This document shows positions 12,467 to 25,094 of a stretch of DNA of 64,000 nucleotides, piece by piece; within the stretch, counting starts at the first letter, position 1, and the number at the start of each line of letters is the position of its first letter. The stretch spans positions 39,806,001-39,870,000 of the forward strand of contig NC_086108.1 in NCBI RefSeq assembly GCF_963921235.1, written 5' to 3'. The notes under the pieces were generated by a model. It worked only from the letters and a program-made list of their open reading frames with translations, searched no databases and was not told where the DNA came from. The position numbers and the translations under genes were made by a program. This DNA is from Mobula hypostoma (taxonomy: Eukaryota).

Positions 12467-15270
12467 GTACAAATTTTAAAGTTATAAATGTCATTGCAGT
12501 AAAAATAATCCAAAATTGCTTTCTTTTTCACTGCGATTTTTAAAATTAACCAATTCACTTTCATAACTCAGGATTATTTCATTGGAATTTATTTCCTTTG
12601 AAGTACTTTCGAAGTGAAGTTATGGTTGTGATCTGAGAAACGCTGTGTTCTATTTATGGCCACATTCTACAACGACCTTTGTGATGATACCCATACAGTC
12701 TTTTCCTGGGTTTATGGAAAATCTTTGGCCTGCATCAATATGTGGAACCTTTTCAACTCAGCTGAGGATGTTGTGTCTGTGCTTAACCAAAAATTGCATC
12801 TCTGAAAGTGAAGCAACCACTTGCTTTTGCACTGAATTAACAACATGGATAATGTTGCAACATCTCTGGAGTGCCATTGAATTACTTCATCAAACTTAGA
12901 CTAATAAGTTTTTAGCATATTTCAACAAGTATGTGAGCTGATGCCACATAATCTAATGGAAGAACATACTAAACCCATTATTAAAAACGCATGTCTCGGA
13001 ATTCAGATGTGTGAGACAATCCGTGAAGATCATTTTGTGATTAAAAACATAATGGGGGAGTGTACTGGTGTGCAACGTGTTTGGAAGTGAACCAACAGCA
13101 ACATTTACCTTCTGTGAAGTTGTGATTTATTGGATACCAATATTGAACTAATTCAGTTTCAAAAAAATCCTATTTCTGAAACTTGGAAGTGCATATTTGA
13201 TTGCAATATTTGCTTTTGTTGTTTTTGCTTCAGTAGTGTGTTTGATAGTCTTGAATCCTATTAGGCATTTGAACTGTGGGCAATTAAATTGGATAGTATT
13301 GGGATGACAGTGTGTGATTAATGCAGACTTTTTGATGATCGGGACACAGACTAAACTTTGTGCTACAATCTCTGGTTTGTTTTCAGCCACCAAGGAGTAA
13401 TAATTGTAAAATTTATGAATGTAATTGTGCCTTTTTTGTGTATCTACCATCAATTAAAATTAGCTTCACTGATGTTATGCCTGCACTGTTTCAAGGACAG
13501 GTGCTTTGTGGCTGCAGATGGTGGTAGAGGTCATTCTATGGGTCTCTGAAGCTTTCTGGATGACGTGGCTGATCATGAGGGATAGCTGGCATGTGATTTT
13601 TACTGACATAACTCAGGTGGCCTTGGTAAATGAGGCAGAGAGAATGCCCTTTACCATAAGAGAGTCTGCAAGTGCACCAGGAAAATAGTAGCTTGAGAGG
13701 GCTATCATGACCTTGAGGAATCAAACCTGAAGCTTAATGGCCTTGCATGCATGGCTAGAGGATACATTTCTACCAGCTGCACTGTTAACTCATTGTTCTG
13801 TGCAATGCATCCCATCCCTTGTCTTAACAAAACATCTTATCTATCTAGATTCATATTTGAAATTGATTGGATCATCTCCTCAGATACATAGCATTTACAC
13901 TTCAACTTCCAAATGCTAATAGCTATTTGGACACAATGGACATATTGAAATATTGCTATTAACCACTTTTCTCCCTCTTAACGGAGAAGTCTACATAACA
14001 ATGTTGCCAGCAGCAAAGCAGTGGTGTATACATGTGATTTCAATGAATCAAAATGGTGGATGGAATGTTGGTCTTTATTGAAACAGGCAACACAGAGTAC
14101 TTAGCACAAGCCTAGGGATAATGAAAAATAAGGATTTACTCTTAACCGTGACCCATTTTTCATCATCTCAAATATCTTATGTTTTGGAAACTGCAGTGGT
14201 GTAAGCATGAATCTTTAACTTGCCCATTCCACCTCCCCTTACTTTCACTCTACCCCTACATCTTTCTTTCAGGTGGCCAAGATCATCTGCCTGCTCGGCA
14301 ATGGCAGCTGATCAAAAAGAGAATGATGAAGGTACCTCAACACTCAATTTGGCAGTAATAGCAACACAGCTCAGAATCAAGCTCTTAATGTAACTCAGAG
14401 GTGGCACCTGCATGTGATGTGTCACCAAGCAGAGCAGGGAGAAAGCGTAGCCCAAACGCTTGCTTCCTTGGAATGAGATTACACATGATTATCATTCCAG
14501 TTGACTTGTCTGCTGGCTTTACCACATACAAGGATTTTGAGTTTATATAATACGTTAAAATTCTTCACGCATAAGCTGATGCTTAGCATCCTATTTGACT
14601 CTTCCTTTATTAACCATCACACTGCTATGATAGATGACATCTTTACATTATAATATAAGTAGAAGACCCAGTTTCTGAGTGGGTCATTAAATGCTCAACT
14701 TCAGCCACGTAACTTCAATTTGCTGGCATTCGATATCCAATCGTTGCCTTTATAGTTCTAGATATATTTTCAAAGGGGCTTTGCAGATAACATGACACTA
14801 TAATTCTAATAGGTTACCAGAATGCTTAGACGGTGCTTTCAGGGAGTGACACTGGCAAGATGAAGTACCAATCATCATCCTCTCAAAGGATAACAATAAT
14901 CATGTTCTTAACACTGTTAATCCACATTTGGCCTAACCTGTTTTATATCAGTCAGCTTCACTGAGATGAGTCTTCTGGACCTGGTTGTTACCTTGCAAAG
15001 CTGTTTATGACTTTCATCATTGTGTGTCAGTACCATCTCACCGGTTATCTTGTGGAGTACATAGAAGATGCGCGATAAGGATCTGCACACTGATTTGTTC
15101 ATTTCGTTTAGTTTTGGATAAGAAGACTCAATTTCATGAGAAACCAAGGTCTGATAAGTTGGGAACAACTGTGGAATAATGATTTTTTATAGAAGTTCAT
15201 TCATGGAATATGGATGTAATGGCATAGCCACAATTCATGCTGATTATTATTTTTAGAGAAATAGCACTTT

Positions 15271-15589
15271 GGGCCGGCTGATGGCGCAATGACATCAGCG
15301 CCGGACTCTGGAATGGAGGTTCCCGGGATCGAACCCAGTCGGGTCTGCTCCCGAGTACGCTCTCCATCCGTGCCGGGTCGAGTGTCGAGATCGCAACTCA
15401 ACCTCGTAAAATAAAGGGAAAAATGCTGCAAAATGTCTGTGTGGGGAGTGGCGCGCTATGCTGTCTCTCTCTCTCTGCGCCTTGTAAAGACATGAAAAAG
15501 ACATCGTCCCGCCAAAATTGCACACGCACGGACACACGCATGCAGACGCACATGCACGTACATGCCAAAAAAAATTATATTAAAAAAAA
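15271..15589 (+). mobile_element. tRNA-derived SINE, full length
   Basis: A-box-like TGGCGCAATG, B-box-like GGATCGAACCC, A-rich tail; 14-bp TSD AGAAATARCACTTT at 15257-15270 and 15590-15603 (1 mismatch). Confidence 0.9.
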
Positions 15590-16134
15590 AGAAATAACAC
15601 TTTAAAGCATATCAGTACTCATGGAAAAATTCTTCCACAGTTCCTTGGGGTAGGAGATTTCAGAATATTGACCATTACAAATAGAGAAGTGCAGATATAT
15701 CTACAAGTCTACTATGTTATTTAAAGGTAGACTTCCAAGTCATCATATGACTGTGTGCTTGATGCCCCTTTCCTTGCATGGGTGGAGTTGAAGAAAATTA
15801 GTTGCATTTTGTAGATAGCCATTCCATATCATTAGTAGAGAGAGGGAAATTTAAAGGTTGGCTAAGAATCAAACCAAGTCGATTATTTTTATTTCTTGGA
15901 TAACCTTGAGCTGGGAGTTTCATGCATCCATGCAAGCAGAGACAGTACCATCATAATTCTATTTGTACCTTGCTGATGTGGAAGAAGTTTTGGAAGTTAG
16001 CAGGTTAAGTACATCACTGCAGGGTATTCATATTTACAACAGCTGACTTTTTACTTAATTGGCAGTCATTAATAATTATCTTCTCATTAAAGGGATCTGT
16101 TGTTAGTTAATAAGTTTTAATTTCAAGAAATAAT

Positions 16135-16640
16135 AAACACGAGATTCTGCAGATGCTAGAAGTTCAGAATAACACACACAATGCTGGAGGAACTCAGCAG
16201 GTCAGCCAGTATCCACGGAAAGGATTAAACAGTGGATGTTTTGGGCCGAGGCCCTTTATCAAGACTGGAAAAATGGTTGAAGAAGCCAGAGTAATAGGTG
16301 GGGGGAGTGGTAGGAGTTTAAGCTAGAAGGTGATGACCGAAGCCAGGTGGAAAGGGTTGGGGATATGAAGTTAGAAGTTGGGAGATGATAGATTGAAAAG
16401 GCTGAAGAAGAAGATGAAATCTGATATGAGATGACAGTAGACCATGCAATAAAGGGATAGAAGAAGTGATAGGCATGTGAGGAGAAGAGGTAAAAGGGGA
16501 GCCAGAGTGGGGGATAGAAAAACTATAAAGTGTTGCTCCTCCAATCTGAGATTGGTTCAGCCTGATAGTTAAGGAGGCATGGTTCAACATGTCAGAATGG
16601 GAATGGGGATTGGAATAAAAATGGTTGGCCACCAGGAAGT
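16135..16640 (-). mobile_element. Penelope-like element terminal fragment with a decayed hammerhead motif
   Basis: CTGCAGATGCT..ACACACA..TGCTGGAGGAACTCAGCAGG end motif shared with 43536 and 59040, followed by a purine-rich tract. Confidence 0.8.
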
Positions 16641-16881
16641 TAATTTTTTTAACTTTAAGTAGGGCATTTAATAGGGAGCTAATGGTCTTTCCTGTAATCT
16701 TCATGAGAACAATGCAATATAGAGTAAGATGTAGATTTTGCAATGAAACATTGGATTAATGCAAATTGTTGACTTGTACATGTTGAATTGCAATTTTGTT
16801 ATTGCCTAGGGAGAAGTTGTTGATGCAAGCTGTGAATTAATACTGGTTTGCATAACTTAGGAACTAGTTGGTTTTTCATTG

Positions 16882-17757
16882 TGTTACATGCTCAAGGAGA
16901 TTTGTTTTTTTTTTGTGAGAATGATGTAATGGTCTTTTGGAGGTCACCTGATGTGATTTTCCTGCTGATGTGAGGTCACGTGATGACATGTGCCCCGTGA
17001 CTATATAAGGGTCGACCCAGGTGACGCAGTTGGTTTTTTTAAGTTTGTAGATTTCCAGGTAGAACGTGCTGTGCCTCCGTTTCTGTTGTGTTTGTTTTTG
17101 TAACACAGTTTCATTTTTTAAAATGGTTGTGCGTTTTGTTGAAAGATTCCATATTACTTGGACTGGAAATTTGTGGCTGGATGTGCCAGTTTATTCAATT
17201 TCAACAGTTGAAGGGAGAGTGAAGAATTTATCGAAGGATCGAGAGAAGTCGGCATTGTTTGGCGGTTTAATAAAGAATCAACCTTATTGAGTCTTCGCTG
17301 GAGGAGTACCTGCATAGAGATAACTCTTGCCAGAAAGAGCAGAGTTCATGCAAAAAGATGCTTTCTCTCTCTAAAGGAATTTAAGGTCAGTTGATTTAAA
17401 CTGTTTACTTTCGGCATCGGGAATCCTGTGGACAACCAGCAGTAAAGGTGCGTCTGTGAAGAAATCCTTCTCCAGAGAAGTCTCTCCCAATTGAATGTGT
17501 AAAACTGTTCGACTTTCGAAGTTATCGTTTTAAGAACTATATCTGACTGTACCGCTTTAAGAACTGTTTTTGCATTTAACACTTTAAGAACCAGAGCCGA
17601 GTGGCGAGTTGGTAAACAACTGCATATCTGTTAACTTCCGGCTGAAGTCTTCGTTTGTTTTCTTTTTTCCCATATCGTTTATCGGTGTTTAATAAATGTT
17701 TGGTTATTTTTATATAACCTGTCTCGATTGATATTCATTGTTGCTGTTTCCATAACA
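16882..17757 (+). mobile_element. Solo LTR (Gypsy-like), 876 bp
   Basis: TGTTA...TAACA termini, 4-bp TSD ATTG (16878-16881, 17758-17761), TATATAA near 17002, AATAAA at 17691. Confidence 0.9.
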
Positions 17758-18469
17758 ATTGAATCCAATCTTAGTCATTGAGATCTAGGGTATAGGCAGT
17801 ACTTAGGGATCTTCACATCAGAAGTACAGCTCAAAGTCATTGTCACTTGTTCACAAATGCAGATGGCAGAATAAGCTATTCATATAATATTTGCAAAAAT
17901 CATCTTCTGCCAGTCTGCTTAGGATGATCAACACTATACTTAGCTGATGAAAGTTCATGAGGTTCTGGGAAATAATGCCTGCTTCCTGAATCTCAGCCTC
18001 TTCCCAATGAGGGCAGACATTGGTGATAATTCTTGGCTGCTTTCAACATAGAAGCACAGTCTTTGGCTCTCTGGAACAGAGATTCCAGATCATGACTTCA
18101 AACCCTTTGGAAAAGCAATTTATTGCCCAGCTATCTACTGGACAATAGTGATCTATGCCCTGCTGTTCGATTCTGAGATGTGGTCTACCTATAGCAGGCA
18201 CTGATAGGTACCACCAATATCACCATTGCAAAATCCACTGGAAGTTTATTTCCTCTCAGGTCATCAAGTTCTCAGTTACATCATGTCAGCTTTTTTGGCA
18301 GATCATGTAATTAACATAACTGACGTGAGATTTTTGAGATGCACACTAATCCAACCTCCCTCCAGGAACAATCAGAGGAATTTCTTTTGCCTATGGCATC
18401 CTTCTGCAGTTTTCTCTTTTTTTCCTGTTGTTATAATGAAGATTCTTTGAATAAAACAAATTATAAAAA

Positions 18470-18810
18470 CAAGCTGGTTTCTGCTTTCCCTGAAATGAAG
18501 AGGGCTGAGGGGTGAACTTATCAATGCTGATAAACCATGGGGGACGTAGATAGGGTAGATTTTTTTTCCCCCAGTATAGAAGTCCAAAATAAAAGTGCAA
18601 AGATTTAAGAATGTGAAGGGAATAATATAAAGGGAACCTGAGAGGCAGGTTTTTGACACAGTGAGCATTTGCACAGGTTCATGAATAGGAAAGGTATAGA
18701 GGTCTATGAGCCAAATACAGACAAATGGGGCTATCTCAGGTCGGTACCTTAGTAGGCATGGACAAGGTGACCCAAGTACCACTTTCACGCTCTGTAACTC
18801 TATGTCTATG
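18470..18810 (+). mobile_element. Degraded CR1 3' fragment
   Basis: 'gaggggtgaacttat', 'gggaacctgagaggcaggttttt', CTATG tail. Confidence 0.7.
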
Positions 18811-19085
18811 ATTTTGAATTAAAAGTTGGAAATTTCAATGAATCATGCAACTGATGTTCTATTTTAACTCTCATGTGCAAGAATTCCTAACAGGAATGTA
18901 GGAAATTACCTCGCATATCTACACCAGGAACCTGTTCTTTTCATGGACATAAATTTATCTTTTGAATAACTAAAATGATCAAAACTCAATATTGGTGACA
19001 CTGATGAGAACATATTATTTCAAGACTTACTTTAGACTATGGCTCTAGGTCTTGCGCTCACTATAAATCTGTCAAAGAATGATAC

Positions 19086-19176
19086 CTTCAGTGGGAGGAA
19101 TTGATTCTTCGATCACAAACACTGCTCCGACTTCAGTCAAAATCTGTTCTTGAACAGTTAGCAATTCGTTAATATC
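19086..19176 (-). pseudogene. 3' remnant of a second vWA-type exon
   Basis: DINELLTVQEQILTEVGAVFVIEESIPPTE followed by G|GTATCA (phase 1). Resembles the last helix plus linker of collagen VI vWA exons and ends in the same ACTGAAG|GT as the upstream exon. Confidence 0.5.
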
Positions 19177-19649
19177 GCACAAGATCCAAGTTGGCTAATG
19201 ACAACAAATTGAATCTTGCAGCAAAATGGGTGGATTGGAGCAGAAAATTGGGAAGTAATATTGATGGACTGAATGCACCCACAAAAGGGTTGAAATTGTG
19301 AAGCTGATTCCTCCCTGATAGGATATCAATTTGTTCCTAGGTAATACATATTGTTAAATTGATCTTCTGTTTACATTGATTCTTTGGCACAGAAGGACTG
19401 TCAGTGTAACTGGAGCCTTTTGTGGCTAAGCTTCCTCTTGGCACTGTTCATCCTACCGGCATTGTTTATCATTCCATTTGTTTTTGGTCTGGTTATCAGC
19501 TCACCTTAAGTTCATTTGGACAGGTTATTTGAGGTAGCATCTTCTCCCAGATTCTTGTCAAGCCTTGGGTAACTGCACCTTCATTGGCATTTTCTCATGA
19601 CTTTGATACCTCTATTTGCGAAGTGCATATAATAATGATTAAGAAAGAC

Positions 19650-20253
19650 CTTCAGTACTAGCAACCGTTGGAGTAATCGTCATTGTCAAAGGCACCATAA
19701 GTATTGCTGTTAATAGAGTCAACACTTTATTCAGTATAATTGGCAGGGAGTAGAATTCATTTGCTCTGAAAACCCAAGTTGGGTCACTTGCGATTTCCTT
19801 CAGTTGTGCTATTTCAGCGTTCTTGTTTCCTGCACCCAAGGATCTTTACAGCAGCTTGTTTCAAGGCATCTGCTGGTGATTTGATATCATCCATAGCCCT
19901 TGCACCAGTAAGTTGCAACAGTATATGGGGAGCACATTTTCTACTTCCTGCAGATTTGGTAAAGTGATTTTCAAGGACGTGGTTAAGTGCTGACCCAGTG
20001 TTGACTGTCCTGCCACCTTTAAACTTAAGTCCTTACAGGTGATTCACAAGTTCAGTTTTTGTTGAGTAACAGTTCAGGTAGCAATCTGTTCTTACACCAT
20101 CGCTGTACTGTGCTACACCTACTTGCACTCTATCTCTTCTAATATCCAATTGATCAATTAACCAAGTGATGTAAGTGAAACTAACATTTCCAGTGGTAGC
20201 AGAGCCATCAATAAGGAATACAATGTTTTCCCTGTCCACATCCTGTGGTACAA
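19650..20253 (-). pseudogene. Collagen VI alpha-3-like von Willebrand A domain pseudo-exon, antisense within the NEK7-like intron
   Basis: Translates NIVFLIDGS..DRVQVGVAQYSD..YLNCY..KGGRTVNTGSAL..FTKSAGSR..PHILLQLTG..DDIKSPADALK..GNKNAE..LKEIASDP. In-frame TAA at 20033-20035 and a frameshift near 19840. Phase-1 acceptor ttttccag and candidate phase-1 donor G|GTCTTT. Confidence 0.85.
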
Positions 20254-20479
20254 CTGGAAAATTGATAGGATTCTAATTCACAACAGATCATACTGTATGT
20301 TGTAGGATGTGATGCACAGAAATGGGAACCTTTTACCCAAACTCCCAAAGTAGTTTGCTGCATCAGACTCAGTTAATGGAAGTCTGGATCATTTAAATAA
20401 TTGATATTATTTAATAAGTTAAACTCAGTAAGAAATTATTGTATAAGTATGCATGCATTTGATCATGGATGGGGCCTGA

Positions 20480-21330
20480 CCATGGATCTTTTGGGAAATA
20501 AGCAGAGAAATTATTGGGGTTTGGCAGAAATTTTTGTATCTTTGTTAGAACAGGTGAGATGCTGGAAGACTGGTAACTGGCTAGGTTTTTGACAAGGTTT
20601 CACATACTAGACTGGTTGGTAAGGTTCTATCACATGGGATCTAGGATGTGCTAGCTAAGTGGATACCAAATTGACATGGTTACAAGACTTCTACGAAAAG
20701 TAGTGGAAAGCTGTTTTTCAGATTGGCATTCAGTGGCCAATGTCTACTGCAATGCCCTCATCAATTGTGAGACACTACTTACGGAGACAAACAGAGGAAC
20801 AGGCAGAGAATAGACACTCAAGACTGTGTTCAGGTAGATGGGATTAGTTTGGATTGACATCATCGGCTAAGGACCTGTCTTTGTTGGGTTGTACTGATCT
20901 CTGTTCTTAGAGGTTATATGGCATGCTTCTCTTCATCATTCAGGACACTGAATACAAGAGTTAGGATGTTACGTTACAGCTGTACAAGATGTTGATGAGA
21001 CTGCACTTGAAATATTGTATGCAGTTCTGGTCACCAACTATAGGAACAAACTAAGTCATAGAGGGTGCAGGGGAATTTATTTCATATTTCAAGCATCTAC
21101 TGTTTTTATTTTGGATGTGGGGATGATGTTTTGCCTCTGAGGTGAAAAGGACTAGTGAGTCACTGTCACGTTAGGGTGATTGAGGAAATGAGAAGAAATG
21201 TACTAATTTGAAGTGTAGTAAATTGTAGGGTCCAAGAGGGCTGCAGATGCCTCAGTTAATTGAGTATATTGAAGGCAGAGATGATAGATTTTCACATATT
21301 TAGGGAATCAGTGGATACATGGAGGTACTG
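20480..21330 (+). mobile_element. Patchwork of degraded CR1 fragments
   Basis: FDKVSH.RL, YKMLMRLHLKYCMQFWSP remnants. Confidence 0.65.
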
Positions 21331-21710
21331 AGTTTGGCTGTTTTTGGCTTTTGGCCTTTCTTTTGACACTGATCAACAGAAAAAGACTTTTTTGTATTAA
21401 AGTGAAATCAGATCTCTACAAAGTGATCTAAATTAATTGCAAAATTAAACACTAAATATTAATTGCATAAATATTCACCCCCTTCAGGTCAGTATTTAGC
21501 AGATGCACCTTTGGCAGCAATTACAGTCTTGAGTCTGTGTGGATAAGTCACTATCAACTTTGCACATCTGAACACTGCAATTTTTCCCCATTCTTCTTTA
21601 CGAAACTGCTTAAGCACTGTCAGTTTATATGGGATATGGGGATCGTGAAAAGAATAGCCCTTTTCCAAGTCCAGCCACAAATTCTCAATTGGATTGAGGC
21701 CTGGACTTGA

Positions 21711-22583
21711 TGAAACTATGTACAGGGAGGAGGTCAAACACCTAGAGAGCTGGTGCAGGGATAACAACTTGATGCTTAATGCCACCAAAATCAAGGAGAT
21801 GATCGTCGATTTCAGACGGTCTCAGCCTGAGCACACACCCTTCAGCATCAGCGGCTCCACAGTGGAGAGAGTGGAAAACATCAAGTTCCTTGGGGTGCAG
21901 ATCTCGGACAATCTCACCTGGTCCAGGAACACCACTGGGATTGTGAAACGGGCCCAGCAGAGATTGCACTTTCTGAGGAAGCTTAAGCAAGCATCACTCC
22001 CCACTAACATCTTAACTACATTCTACAGAGGCGTGGTTGAAAGTGTGCTGACCTTTTGCATCACAACCTGGTACTCCAGCTGCAGTGCTGTCGACAAAAA
22101 AGCCTTGCAGAGGGTGGTTAGGGGAGCAGAGAAGATTATTGGGGTCTCGCTACCTTCTGTCCAAGACCTCTTTCAGAGTCAATGCCTCCAGAAGACAAGG
22201 TACATCATTAAAGATCCCTCACACCCTCTCCATGAACTGTTTGTTCTTCTGCCATCAGGCAAACGCTACTGGAGCATCAAAACTAAAACCATAAGGCTAC
22301 TAAACAGCTTCCTCCCACAGGCAGTCAGACTGCTAAATAGCCGCACCACCTGACTCTGCTTTGGACACTTTTAACTTGCACTGGACACTTATAACTGATT
22401 TTAACTGACATGTGGCTGTTGTGTTTTACTGTTTATTGTTGTGTTTATTATTTAGTGTTGCGTTTGTTATGTTATGATTGCACTGCCCCTGAGAAACGCT
22501 GTCTCATTCTGCCCTGCAGAGCTGATGTATGGTTAGAATGACAATAAAGTTTTTTGAATCTTGAATTTGAATCTTTGAAATCT
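21711..22583 (+). mobile_element. Young Rex1/Babar-type LINE 3' end nested in the Tc1 transposase
   Basis: Uninterrupted 219-aa ORF (WCRDNNL..KEMIVDFRR..KFLGV..LPSGKRY), AATAAA and TTGAATC-type tail. Confidence 0.92.
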
Positions 22584-23842
22584 TGACTTGGCCATTCCAG
22601 GTCATTAACTTTATTGTTTTTAAGCCATTTCTGTGTAGCTTTGCCTTTATGCTTGGGGTCATTGTCTTGCTGGAAAACAAATCTTCTCCCAAGTCGCAGT
22701 TCTCTTGCAGACTGCGTCAGGTTTTCCTCCAGGATTCCCCTGTATTTTGCTCCATTCATTTTATCCTCTACCTTCACAACCCTTCCAGAGCCTGCTGTTG
22801 TGAAGCATCCCCACAGTATGATGCAGCCACCACCATGCTTCACATTGGGGATGGTGTGTTTTTGATGATGTGCGGTGTTTGGCTTACACCAAGCATAGCA
22901 TTTAGTCTGATGGCCAAAAAGCTCAATTATCGTTTCATCAGACTATAGAACCATCTTCCAGCTAACTTCAGAGTCTCTCACATGCTTTCTGGCAAACTCT
23001 GCCCAAGATTTCACGTGAGTTTATTTCAACAGTGGCTTCCTCTTTGTTACTCTCCCACAAAGCAGTGAATGATGAAGCACCTGGTCAACAGTTGTTGTAT
23101 TCACAGTCTCTCCATTCTCAGCCACTGAACTCCTCCAGAGTTGTCATAGGTCTCTTGGTGGCCTTCCTCACTAGTCCCCTTCTTGCATGATTACGCAGTT
23201 TTTGATGACAGTCTGCTCTAGGCAGATTCACAGTGGTGCCATATTCTTTACATTTCTTGATGACTGACTTAACTGTACTCCCAGGGATATTCAGTGACTT
23301 GGAAATTTTCTTATGTCCATCTCCTCACTTGTGCTTTCCAGTAACCTTTTTGTGGATTTGCTTGGAATGTTCTTTTGTCTTCCTGGTGTAGTTTTTGCCA
23401 GGAAGAGATACTGGGATGGTGAGCTTTGATACGAGAAATTGGCATTGAACTAGAAATATCTAAATCAATCAAAGGTATTTAGTCTTTGAACAGCTGCTGA
23501 CAGCAGTTGGACCTTCCAGATACAGATATATTTTTACGACAATCAATTGAAACAAACACTTTTACTGCACATAGGTCACCAAGAACAGATCTCTACTTAA
23601 TTAATAATGTGACTTCTAAAACCAATTGGCTACACCAGTGATGAATTGGTGTGTCATATTAAAGGGGGTGAATACTTATATAATCAATTATTTTTGTGTT
23701 TTATATTTCTAATTCATTTAGATAACTTTGTAGAGATCTGTTTTCACTTTAACACAAAGGGGTCTTTTTCTGTTGATTATTGTCAAAAAAAAAAGCCAAA
23801 TTAAATCCACTGTGATTCAGTGTTGTAAAACAATAAAGCATG

Positions 23843-24190
23843 ATAGGTGTATAAGATGATGAGAGGCATTGATCATGTGTATAGTCAGAGGCTTTTTCTC
23901 GGGGCTAAAATGGCTAGCACAGGAGGACACAGTTTGAAGGTGCTTGGAACAGAGGAGATATCAGGGTAAGTTTTTTATGCAGAGAGTGGTGAGTGCGTGG
24001 AATGGGCTGCTGGCAACAGTGGTGGAGCCGAATATGATAGGGTCTTTTAACTCCTAGATAGGTACGTGGAGCTTAGGAAAAATAGAGGGTTATGGATAAC
24101 CCTAGGTAATTTCTAAGGTAAAGACATGTTCAGCACAGCTTTGTGGGCCAAAGGGCCTGTATTATGCTGTAGGTTTTCTATGTTTCTATG
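23843..24190 (+). mobile_element. CR1 3' end inserted in the Tc1 TIR
   Basis: YKMMRGID..RVVSAWNGL; TTCTATGTTTCTATG tail. Confidence 0.88.
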
Positions 24191-24436
24191 AAAACTTCCG
24201 GGGGGGGGGGGGGGTGAATACTTTTTATAGGCACTGTATTTCAAAGTTTATAACTGCAATTGTCCATAAAAATACTAAAATACTAACAATTGAATAAGCC
24301 CTGGTTTAGCCAGCTGTCAGCAGCTGTTCAAACGCAAATATCTTTGTATGATTTGGACATTCTTGGTCCAATGCCTGTTTCTCTCTTCCAAGTTCTTATC
24401 CCTGTATCTCTTCCTTTTTATCTAAATATACTGGAG

Positions 24437-24600
24437 GCACAAAGGACTCAGATGCTATAATCTGGAATTAAAAAAAACTGCTGGAGAAGCTCAGCAGGTC
24501 AAGCAGTATCCTGTTGCAGTCTCAACGCAAAGCGTCACATATCTCTTTTTCCTCACAAATACTGCCCAATCTACTGAGTTCCTCCAGCCATTTGCTTTTG
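24437..24600. repeat. Palindromic Penelope-end derivative
   Basis: CTGGAGAAGCTCAGCAGGTCAAGCAGTAT is an inverted imperfect copy of ATACTGCCCAATCTACTGAGTTCCTCCAG. Confidence 0.65.
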
Positions 24601-25094
24601 TTATATAATTAGGCTCTGTAGCTCTAAAATACTGTCACAAATAGTATTGTCATTCTTCACACCATCATCTACTTGTCTCTTACTGTATAACTTTACTTAG
24701 TTCCATTCTTATCAGAAATATCAAGGTAAATGATGGTAATTTTGAATAAAAAGCCAAATGACAATGTATTTATAGAGAGGGTCATTCGGTTGGGGGTGTG
24801 AGGAAAGTGGGAGTAGTTCCTAAATGAAGAAAACTTGCACTATGTTAACTAATATTAGTATAAGGAATGAAGCTTGGTGGTTAGCAATTTTCCTGGGATA
24901 TTGAGAGAATGCAGGGTGAAAAATAAGGACAAGATGAACTTGGGAAATGCAAGAACGACAATGGCATAGAATGCAGGGAAAATGCTGATTCACGGAGAAA
25001 CATAGGGATGAACTTAGACAATGTAGGTGAAGGGTACAACAGTTGAAGTTGAATAATCTTGTATTTTGTGATGTAAATGGCCTTTATTGATTGG

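Larger units (their letters stand above)
21331..24236 (-). mobile_element. Tc1/mariner transposon (defective), with two nested LINEs
   Basis: Transposase motifs KHGGG..WGCF, FQQDNDPKH, SP.LNPIENLW. One intact TIR end ..GAATACTTTTTATAGGCACTG followed by TA (24237-8); the other TIR is truncated near 21331. Confidence 0.92.

Noticed and set aside
13480..13730. Faint resemblance to a Harbinger transposase C-terminus (RCF..GG, AC...HN)
   Set aside because: Too degenerate to support without a profile search.
14273..14331. Exon-like segment (ctttcag acceptor, ATG GCA GCT GAT..., GAAG|GTACCT)
   Set aside because: It would end in phase 1, incompatible with the phase-0 kinase exon, and shows no NEK similarity. 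It may be an ancient repeat remnant.
15271..15345. tRNA gene
   Set aside because: A/B boxes are present but no convincing cloverleaf; followed by a SINE body, tail and TSD.
15640..16030. Unique-looking sequence as a possible regulatory element
   Set aside because: Resembles a highly decayed old LINE 3' region; no independent support for function.
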